DNA of 63,630 bases, the filler included, from Kipferlia bialata (taxonomy: Eukaryota): the NCBI GenBank assembly GCA_003568945.1. It is 4 parts of 3 records of this genome, joined end to end, with 100 filler letters (N's around TTAATTAATTAA, not from the genome) between each part and the next. Parts side by side here need not be neighbours in the genome. Positions count along the whole stretch, not along the records: positions 46,697 to 61,027 come from BDIP01000066.1; positions 61,128 to 63,630 come from BDIP01000178.1; 2 more parts are not named here. The stretch is one strand, 5' to 3'. Shown here one piece after another: positions 54,301 through 63,630 of this stretch. The notes under the pieces were generated by a model that was not told the DNA's origin, did not search any database, and was given only the letters and a program-made list of their open reading frames with translations. Within the stretch, counting starts at the first letter, position 1; every line of letters begins with the position of its first letter. A program made the translations under genes and the position numbers.

Positions 54301-57300
54301 GAGCGACCCGACAGTGGCGGGGGTATGCATGTGGTAAGGGGTAGACACGGCGGTGAGACCACTGCCCGAGGCCTGGGAGCCACTAGCCCCCCGCTCCACA
54401 CCGGGGCGTCTCCTGTACGCGGCACTGTCGTCACGAGTGGGAGTGCGGCTCAGCCCCATCCCAGGCCCGCGGCGTGACTGACCCGATCCAATCTGCGACC
54501 TCGGCCGCTGTCTCTCGCTGTCACGACGAGAACCCCCACCACTGGCAGACATACTGCTGGCGGGCCTTGCGTGCCTGGGTCTGCCACTGCTGGGGGTCTC
54601 AGCCCCCCGCTGCCTCTGGCTGTGACCAGAGGTCCTGGCCATAGACGAAGCAGGCCTCTCTCTCCCCTGGCCCTTGGAGAGGTGATGCCGCTTCTGCTGA
54701 TGGGAACTGGTCCCTGCTAGCATGCCAGCCCCGTCCTCTGAGCCTCTCTCTCTCTCCCTCCCTGTCCCCCCCACCCCTGGGGTCAGCACGTCCTGCGCAG
54801 CCTTCAGCGTCCCAATCTGCCCCAGGACCACATTGGTCGGCTCAGCAGAGGCGCCAAGAAGACGGGTCCCGTCGGTGCCTCTGACGGTGAGGTGTGCGGG
54901 GGAGAAGCGTCAGAGAAGACGATATGTCGGACACTAGGATATAGATGGGCATTGATATAGAACCCATGTGGATACTGGTAACACTCCAGCACCTGTCGTT
55001 GAGGACGGGGTCGTCGTCAAGAACGTTGTGGTCACCGGCCCTACGCACTGCGGGGGAGACGACAGCAGAGCGAAGCCTCATGGATGCTCGGTCTTGAAAC
55101 CTAGAGATAAGCACGGAGACAGAAGGATACCTCAACACAAACGATGACGATGCTACCGCAAAGAATATACTAGATATGAGCGTGCTATATACACATGTAC
55201 AAAAGTATAATGAGCATACACAGTGTCGCCCACTCATCCACGCGATGTACCTGGCCCTCATCTTAGAGGCAGCCACCCTCCTGGCAGCCAGAACCTCCAG
55301 GGCTGCCACCTCTGTGCCAACAGTCGGCTGGGTCTTGATCTGAGCGGCCTGGTATTAGACACTCAGACATATCAGGCATAGAAGGAGTAGAACTTGACTA
55401 GGAATATAGTCTCTAATATCCAGTCACAGTAAACAGTACGTTAGTATGGTGCTCTATGCACAAGGGTACCTGGGAGGCGAGGGTGTCTGCCTTGGTAAGT
55501 GAGACGGTGGGAGAGTAGTCCTTGTGGGCCACACCCTGACTAGGGGTCCGGAGGGCCAGGTCCAGCAGCAGGTGCCGGCTCTTGGGGCCTTCGTCTGTCC
55601 CCTCCAGAGCTCGGCCGGCAAGGGAGGTCCCCCCACTGACGCCCCTCCTGTAGTGACTGGATGCCCTCCCGATACTACCAGGCCCCACACTGCGGGAGGC
55701 CTCAGGGCGGTAGAGGTCATCGCCGGAGTCACTCCCAGACTCGCTGAAGTCACGCCCGTCGCTAGTGTCGCTGGAGGTGTCTGACTCCGACGCCGACTGG
55801 CCAGAGTCCGAGTCATAGCCAGACTCGCCATCACTGGAGCTCACTCCGCTAGCCAGGTCGACGATACTGGCTACGGGCCGGAGGCGCCGCCCTTCGTCTC
55901 CCCTACTGTCCTGAGGCCCTGACCTCTTGGGGGTCTTGGACTCTCTCTCTCTCCTGCCCTTGCGGCTGCGTGTCTCTCTCTCATTCCGCCTCTCGCCATC
56001 CCCTTCTTCCTCTCCAGACCCCTCCCCCTCTTCCCCGTCTTCGCCATCGGACCCGCTCAGCCTACCTGTCCGGACCAGCTCCTTGAGTCGGGCCCTCATG
56101 CGGTACTCCTCCTGGGGTGGGCAGGGGGTATAGTATGAGGGTTATGGGGACAGGGGCATAAATGAGAATGAAAGGGGTGACAATCAGACTCTGACTGCGA
56201 CAGAGTGTCGGGGTCATTCCTAAGTGCCATATATATGGTATACATATAATATAATAGATATATAATATATATATACATATGGTATACACTGATAGAGTAT
56301 GAATAGTCTTCCCCTAATACCTCGGCTTGCATCTGCCTCTTGCGCCGCTGGATCTGCACACTCCGCAGGGCATTGGAGAAGCTGCCTGTCTGGCGACTGT
56401 TGTCTGGGGCAGCCTCTGTCTGCTCACCATCTCCCTCCAGCTCTGTAGTCACCTGCAGGTCAGTTCACACAAGGCACCGACACTACACGAAGGTGATACG
56501 GGGCCTGTGTACATAGCCAACATGCGACATACAGGAGACGTACTATCCACCGCGACACTGATACTGTAACCCACCTTGCGACCCATGGCATCGAAGTAGG
56601 AGAGCAGACCCAGCTCGTCGTCTGCTGCCCGCACACGCTGCATGGTGAGGTCCAGCTCATCAAGAGTAAGGGCCTGACCGTTCAGCACCTTCAGCGACAC
56701 AAAGGCACCTGGGGTGAGAGTGCGGCCACACGCACAACACATAGACACACACATTAGACATAGACACACTAGAGGACATGGACATGTTGGTACTGGGGAG
56801 GCATATATATATATACATTCGTATAGTATGTTTCGCCATCACTCTGACCTGAAGGACGCCTGTTGGCCACGGGACCACAGTCGAAGTAGTACTGCTCACT
56901 GTCGAGCCGTTTGGTAACAGTCTGGGGGTCAGAAGGTCTTAGAATGACTCAGAATCATGTACAGTACCTACACGACGCGAGTGTCTCGTGGATGTATATG
57001 CCAACAACCAACACACCATGAAAACAATAGAGAGACACGAGATACCATCCCCACCTGCACCACTGCGCTGGGCGAGTCCACCCCCGGTCTGACACCGAAG
57101 TACACCAGCCGACCCGGCATGAGGGAGGACACAATGTGCCTGTGCTTGATGGTGTCATGCTGGGTGGGGGCAGAGGAGGGGGGGTCCCGATCTCTGTCTG
57201 CACCAGTGCCGCCAAGAGAGTCCTCGGTCTTCGACCCTGCCTATAGATTAGTGCACCTGCTCACAATATAGAGTGTATATCAAAATAGACCTACGTATAG

Positions 57301-59404
57301 AGGTAAAAATATACATATACGTATATATACCACTATGTATGCATGAATATACATCAACTCTTCCACAAGTATATGCACCCAGAGTATGAGACTGAGGGGG
57401 ACTGTACCTTGGCATCGGGCCTCTCCACCAGCCCATGCTGCTGCAGAAAGGTGGACAGCACACAGCCCCCGTTCTTTCTGGACTGCATGGCACCTGGGGG
57501 TGGGACCAGTAATATATGTTGAAGCAGATAGGACATATATACGCCACTGTATTGTAAGATACATAGGAGTTCCAGCAAGTGACTCCCCATCCCCATGACA
57601 CCGCCACTGCCACTGCCACTGCCACTTCTACTGGCACTATATATATATATATATACATATATGTACCTGACACAACCAGGGGGGATGCAGCCACAGCATG
57701 GGTCAGGGAGGGAAGGGGCGTGGTGGGACGCTCTGGGGCCCGGTTCACATGAACCCTGGATCCGATCAGATGCGAGGAGGGCACGGCGTCCTCATCGTAC
57801 ACAGGCACCTGACGTAATGAGATATACACATATGTATATACATATAGGGAGGGCCAGAGAATATCGTTCCTAAAAGAGAGGTGATAGGCGAAACTTATGA
57901 CGACAGAGAAATATATGGACGTGTGAATATATACAAGAGTGAATACATATAATACCACGTAGATGCTGTACCTCCCCATGGGCCAGGAATGGCGAGGACG
58001 GCAGCGTGTGGGGCCCTGCCGCCGTGGCCTGTCTGTCTCTGTCTCTCTTGACCTTCTTGGCCTTGCCCTTGGCCCTCTGCTCCAGCTGGGGGTCAGAGGC
58101 AGTGTCAGTATCCAGTGTCAGTATCCAGTGTCAGTATGGGGTTACGGGTCAGACAGCGACACTGCATACACACTCCCCCCTGCCCCCACCAAAAGACGTA
58201 CCCCCCTGGCCTTGTAGAACTCCTGTCTGAATGGGTGCTCCTTGACCACCCTGCCGTGCTTGCCCAGGGCCACTCTGGTCACCCTCTCATTGGCTATGAC
58301 AAGGCTGTCCAGCATGCCTGGCAGGGTCAGTGTCATGCGGACATACTATATATATATATCATGATATGAAGGTATGCAACTGATGACTGACTGATGGAAG
58401 AATCCAAACCCAGATACATAAAGAAGTATTCACAACCCCGCCGCCCTAATACGAATACAGGATCACGACATCCATACATATATGGTACTATACTGGAATT
58501 CATTATCCGTACACAGATACATATCCCCAGTAGCCGTTGACCCACCTGTCCTAGAAGATGCAGGGGGTTATATCAGTATCAGTATCAGTATCAGTATACA
58601 TATACATCCATACCCACCTGTCCGTGATGATGCCCTGTGGAGGGGGTTGCCACTGATGTCCAGGACCTCCAGCTCAGACAGCACACCCAGGTCCTAGGGT
58701 TAGGATACACACAGGATATGAGAGTGTGTATAGCATCAGTGCATATATGACATCAGGATGTATATGGGAGATGGGGAGAGTATGAAAAGGCTTTAACCCC
58801 ATGAATCTGCCTGTACATCAATGATATTAATACAATACTGCTGGTAATACACATATGTCAATTCACAAATTGACTCCAAACAAATATACATATGAGTATG
58901 TCCGGATCGATATCTGCACATCCTCCAACATACGACGTATCAGTCTCAGTACTAGATATACATCAATACTCTCAATAATATACACCCTGACACACCTGAA
59001 CATCCTCCAGACAAACCAGTATCAGTATACTACATATACACTGACATATATATATACTGACACATACCTGCACATCCTCCAGACGACACAGTATCAGTAT
59101 CAGTATATGAATATATATTGACATAGGTATATATGTGCACATACACATACCTGCACATCCTCCAGACGACACAGCTGGTTGTCGGCCAGATTCAGAATGA
59201 CCAGAAAGGGAAAGCAAGTCGTCAGGCTGGAATGAGACTATATCTATGCAAGAACACTATATAGCGCACAATGATACTGACACTATGTGACGTGCAATCA
59301 TACCCACACTATGCAACGTACAATGATGCTGGCAACCGGCTAATGTTGTTGTTGGACAGATTCAGCTCCTGCAGACACCCAAACATCTGGAGCCGCAGGG
59401 GAAC
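51388..59404 (-). CDS. Large multi-exon protein with N-terminal leucine-rich repeats and long S/G/R-rich disordered regions (could be two genes); 5' end lost at poly-G
   Basis: LRR consensus LQELNLSNNNISRL and LSELEVLDISGNPL. Chain of canonical exons down to the stop at 51388. Confidence 0.6.
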
Positions 59405-59542
59405 CTACATCGTTAGCATTCAGAACATTGGATCTCCATCACACAGGGGGGGGGGGGGGGGGGGGGGGGGGGACCATTGTTTTTTCCCCCCCCCCCCCCC
59501 CCCCCCCCCCGGGGCCCCCCCCCCCCCCCCCCCAACCTTCAG

Positions 59543-60387
59543 AGACCGAGGTGAGACGGGTGTAAAGGGAGGGTCGATAGTCAAGAGTGTCGAGGAGTTT
59601 GTCGAGGGATGCAACGGCATGGTGCAGTTTGGGTATGTTGTGGTGCAAGTCCAACTGTATGTATGACCTCTGTCACGTCTGTATCCCATAATTGCAGGTA
59701 TCTGTATCGGTCTGGGGCCTGGTACGCACTCCCGAGGGAGGTATGTGATACTACCCTCTAGTCAGTCCCTCGCCATGGCCTTGTGAACCCACCTATCTCA
59801 GGAAGAGTGTGGTGATGATGAGGAGTACACTGCCAAGGACCTGGTCCCCCTGCTCCACATGGTGTGCTGTAGATGGGGACAGGACGAGAGGGAGGCATAC
59901 GCCAAGGTCCCATTGCTGTGATAGCCTCCATCACTAGTACTTGACCCAGCCTGAGGTCTCTCTCGAGTGTCATACCATCACTGTCTAACCCCAGCGAATT
60001 GCCGAGAGGCTTGCCAGGAGGAGGGAGAAGAGGACACACCAGATCCGGGCTGGGAAGGATGCCCCCCCTGGCGGCACTCCCTACGACTTCCTGCTGACAG
60101 ACCTACCCCGAGGAGGGGCATACCACGAGGCAACGAGAGCACTCAGTATGTTCAAGGGGCTTCCCAAGGCTGTCAGGAGCCAGGCGGAGGTTCAGGAGAC
60201 ATGTGCCTCCCATGCATGCACCATCTACATCGACGGGGTGTATGGTAAGGGGCGGTGGCAGGTCATGAAGCAGTACCGCAAGTATGCCAAGAGTGCCTCC
60301 CCCCTCGATGCTCTGCACATGGCCAAGGCATGGGCCGAGGGGGAGGGGCTCCCAGGGGCTGCGGGTGGACAGAGGGCAAGGAGGTGA
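59543..60387 (+). CDS. Partial 4-exon gene whose first visible exons resemble a phage/bacterial hypothetical protein family
   Basis: Exons 59543-59632, 59698-59740, 59802-59861, 59995-60387 are phase-consistent: DRGETGVKGGSIVKSVEEFVEGCNGMVQFGYLYRSGAWYALPRE...*. Confidence 0.6.
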
Positions 60388-61027
60388 TGCAGGTCCAAGA
60401 GACATCGTGTCACTGACGTGCCGATAATCTATCTATACACGTCAGGCCTAGTAGGTTCTATAGTCACCGAGTCTTATTCGAGCATATATTGCAGTTGATC
60501 TTGGCAGTACTCTCGCAGCAGTTCGATAAACATACGTCTGTACATCACGGTCTAAGAGAATTGGAGGGGAGTTGTGTCGAGAAGTTGTAGCTCTCGGAGC
60601 ACTATCCTTAATTGTGTATTGTGAGATGAATACCTTCCGTGTGGGTGACCTCTCGACAATGGTTGGGCCGTATAGGCACCTGTGGCAACATACGAGGGAT
60701 GGTATTACTGACATGTCACTGTGACATGATATCACACACTTTATATTGAACCCTTGTCCAAACACAATGCCCACCACCCCTCCTTCTCACTGTACATCAT
60801 ACAATGCCCGATGGCGGCCTGATGGGGCGGGAGGCCCTACATGCTAGGATGTCAGTGGTTAGAGACCAGCGTGACAGACTGAGCCAGATGCAGGTGGGGG
60901 GGTATCTGTGACATATGGGTTTGAGTGCTCCCACTGGAATCGTGAGTGTGTGTGTGTGTGTGTGTGTGTAAGGGGGATGGGGGGGGGGGGATAGTAACGG
61001 GTCAAAACATTTGACTTGCCATTATTA

Positions 61028-61127
61028 NNNNNNNNNNNNNNNNNNNNNNNNNNNNNNNNNNNNNNNNNNNNTTAATTAATTAANNNNNNNNNNNNNNNNN
61101 NNNNNNNNNNNNNNNNNNNNNNNNNNN
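61028..61127. other. Scaffold gap with TTAATTAATTAA linker (61072-61083)
   Basis: 100-nt N block with central 12-mer. Confidence 0.95.
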
Positions 61128-61608
61128 CGTCTGGGCAGGTGTAGTAGATGATAGTGTTCCTGGTAGCCTTGCTGGGGGGGTTCAGACCTCCAGTGTATGT
61201 GGCAGTGAATCCGGCGTAAGCTCCACCTGGGTGCTCACCAATCACAGCGTTAGATCCACATCCCCAGTACTGGCCATTGCCGTCAGTCTGGCACACACCC
61301 TGTCCCTGGCAGTTGGCCTGGGCACCGGCAATGTCACCTGTGAGGGCAACGGGGTTGTTCAGGTTGAAGTAGAAGTAGTGGTCGACTCCAGCCACACGGT
61401 CACGGTCATCAATGATGAAGTTGCTGGGTTAGAGAACATACTTCCCAGAAATCAGAGCAGGAAAGAAAGGAAAACAAGGAAGAACTCACCTAGTCTTGCT
61501 TCCAACGCTAGCGGTGTCGTACTGAACACCAAAAGAGTTTGTGAAGGGAACTGTCTCTGCAAGGGCAAGGCCGACGCACAACAGCACGAGAACAGGCACA
61601 GATATCAT
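61128..61608 (-). CDS. Secreted/membrane protein with a mannose-6-phosphate-receptor-homology (MRH/ATG27-like) domain, 3' part in gap
   Basis: Signal peptide MISVPVLVLLCVGLALA. YD...YFYFNL...C...VCQ...G...TYTGG...RNTIIYYTC is the MRH pattern, including the Q and R ligand residues. Confidence 0.75.
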
Positions 61609-61843
61609 CCTCTGACCTTGCTGAGGAGCCAGGTTCTCTTCTCGTCAGTGCCAATCCTCCGACTCTCACCATCGGATTTTCGCTGCTCTCCGACTCTCAT
61701 GAAAAGGGGTTTATATCAGCTCGGTCTCGATGGCTGAGATCCTCTACTGTTACCCACCCTATGCACCTGCACACCTTTTCTTTCCACTTAGGGGAGGGGT
61801 GTGTGCCCCCATAGAGTAGACACCATTGAAGAATACGGAAGGA

Positions 61844-62965
61844 ATGGCCCCACGGAGAAAGAAGGGAGCCAGCCAGCCACCATCCTCACAGTCCAGTGTC
61901 CACAGTAGGAGTGAGGTGTCAGCCACTCGCCAGGAGAAGAGCTTTGCATTGTTTGAGAGTGCCCTTGCGTTTGCGAGGGATACACACCCGAGTGACTGTG
62001 AGTGGATCAAGACCAGGCAAGTACTATTGTACTCTGCACCTCTATCTTCTGTACAGATTGTTATACACACGCATACACTCAGGAAACAACTTGTGGAGTC
62101 CTTTGATGACTTCTTCACTGAGTACACCTACGTGGTAGTGGCATCTGGGTTCAAGGTATCAAATCCATTCGCAGTGAGAGAGTGATGTGTGCAGTCGCTG
62201 TATGACACAGTATATCTCCCTCTGACCCCCAGGGTGCCACTGCCGCCCGGTTCACCCCTCTGCTGGTGGCTTGCAAGGGGGACGAGGAGGCCTTGTTAGG
62301 AGTGTTCAAGTGAGTGTGGTGTTGAGTACAATATAGCGCCAAGGTTATACTATGGTTTCTACGCGATTTGTCTACCCTCAGGAACAAGCGCAAGACCCAT
62401 GCCATGGCCTCTGTATACAGCATGAGGGACAAGTGGGACAGCATGAGAGAGGAGTATCTGGCTGGGGGGGTAGGTGCGTGTCAACCTTGAGTGGTTCATC
62501 TATGTTTCTGCTCTATTCACTTCCCTCAGCATACCTACCCCCAGACTCCCTCGAGGCTCTGCCCTATATAGGCTCCACCACAAAGTACCATCTGGCAAGA
62601 AACATCGGTCTTCTGCAGGTGTGTGGTGTGTCATTATGTCATACTATACCCCGTCACCTTCGCTTACCCCAGTGTGCCAAGCCTGACCTGCACCTGCTGA
62701 GGTTCTGTTCGGCCCATGGGTGGGGGGACGGACCTGATGCAGTCAGGAGAATGGTGCAGGCATTTGCAGACCACTCAGGTGGGTATCGCTATACTCAAGT
62801 ATAACTGCAAGTGGTGTAGTTAGGATACTAGGGCTACTTGATATCGTCTTCCAACCCCCAGGCATCGATGAGATTGGGTATGCTGACTTTGTGCTGTGGA
62901 TATGGCTGTCCCATGGGGAGGGGCAGGAGAGGCCCTGCTGTCACGGGGGGTATGCCCTGAGATAG
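61844..62965 (+). CDS. Helix-hairpin-helix (HhH-GPD superfamily) DNA glycosylase-like protein
   Basis: Seven exons give FFTEYTYVVVASGFK...FKNKRK...LEALPYIGSTTKYHLARNIG...AKPDLHLLRF...ADFVLW. HhH motif (LPxIG) plus a catalytic-position Asp in PDLH. TAG at 62963-62965. Confidence 0.75.
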
Positions 62966-63315
62966 GCAGTAAATATGACTTGTGGCTATATGAAGCTTAT
63001 GATTCAATTGGAGTCTTCAATACAATGAATACTATGAAGCGCTCATTTGCTCGCGAAGAGCACTTGGATGAGCTCCTGAAGCCCAATGACCCTAGATATC
63101 TATCCACTGTCAACATACAATAGTTGTGACACGTTTATGATATATATGAACTGTGCCACAGAGTGTCTGCTGTCGTCAATACAATGAGTATTCTCACTAG
63201 AAATATGAAGGGATATTCTGCACTTCCATAGATAAATGGAGTTCTTGAGGCCAAATGACCCTATCCTCTACAATAGTTTCATACGTTTATGGTACAGTGA
63301 GAGAGCAGTGGTGTC

Positions 63316-63544
63316 TTAGACCATCAGGGGCTCCTCAAGATCCTTGATCTCCTTGCTCACTGGTCTCTTGCACCGCAGCCAGAGGTAGATGCCGCTGGGG
63401 GTGAATAGAACACTAGAGCAGATGAACAGTCATGATATAGTATATTCATAGGGACTCACCCTGCAGCCAGTGCCACTACGACCACTCCTACCAGTGTCCA
63501 GAACCACCAGGTCAGGTTGTAGGGCACGTAGATGGGGCAGGCAG
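63316..63544 (-). CDS. Last two exons of a type-I membrane protein, probably an MRH-family sorting receptor
   Basis: Exons 63460-63544 and 63316-63394 give (A)ACPIYVPYNLTWWFWTLVGVVVVALAAGGIYLWLRCKRPVSKEIKDLEEPLMV*. AACP-like domain end, TM helix, and acidic dileucine-like tail. Confidence 0.65.
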
Positions 63545-63630
63545 CTGATGTCAGATGGATCATAGCAGTAATGAGAAAGAGAAAGGCAAAGGGGGGGGGG
63601 GGGGGGGGGGGAAAAGGGGGCCGGGAGGGG

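Noticed and set aside
60448..60777. 109-aa minus-strand ORF
   Set aside because: No ATG start, no recognisable motif and no convincing exon chain.
4980..63544. Functional cluster of endolysosomal genes (HPS3, VPS13, GTPase, F-BAR, MRH)
   Set aside because: The window is a mosaic of joined contigs with unrelated genes interspersed, so linkage is not reliable.
1..63630. Alternative genetic code (TAA/TAG read as Gln, as in hexamitids)
   Set aside because: TAG and TAA end PRS, the RRM gene, the glycosylase and the MRH-tail gene at plausible positions, and long exons lack in-frame TAR.

Overview
Draft-assembly window from an intron-dense eukaryote, not a prokaryote. GT-AG introns (some GC-AG) usually end in CT(C/G/A)ACCCC(C)AG, introns carry TA/GA microsatellites, and TAA, TAG and TGA are all used as stops. 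This style suggests a free-living fornicate such as Kipferlia bialata (inference, not verified). Most ORF-track entries are exon/intron read-through. Manual splicing gives about 19 genes or gene fragments: a bacterial-type solute-binding-domain protein, an Sm/LSm protein, HPS3, a kintoun/DNAAF2-like protein, a large type-I surface protein, a Kelch-like gene, a small GTPase exon, VPS13, an STMER-type PRPP synthetase, an F-BAR-like protein, a multi-RRM protein, an LRR protein, a phage-like-domain gene, two MRH-type fragments and an HhH-GPD glycosylase-like gene. Gaps with an artificial TTAATTAATTAA linker and poly-G/C tracts mark contig joins, some probably chimeric. Two signals are not explained by the genes. 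(1) About 1 kb of intergenic DNA (50.3-51.25 kb) is built from chained, overlapping palindromes with single-base centres. (2) Exon edges plus their splice sites are repeatedly copied into adjacent introns, some copies forming perfect in-frame 12-nt microexons. All family calls are motif recognition from memory; no searches were run.
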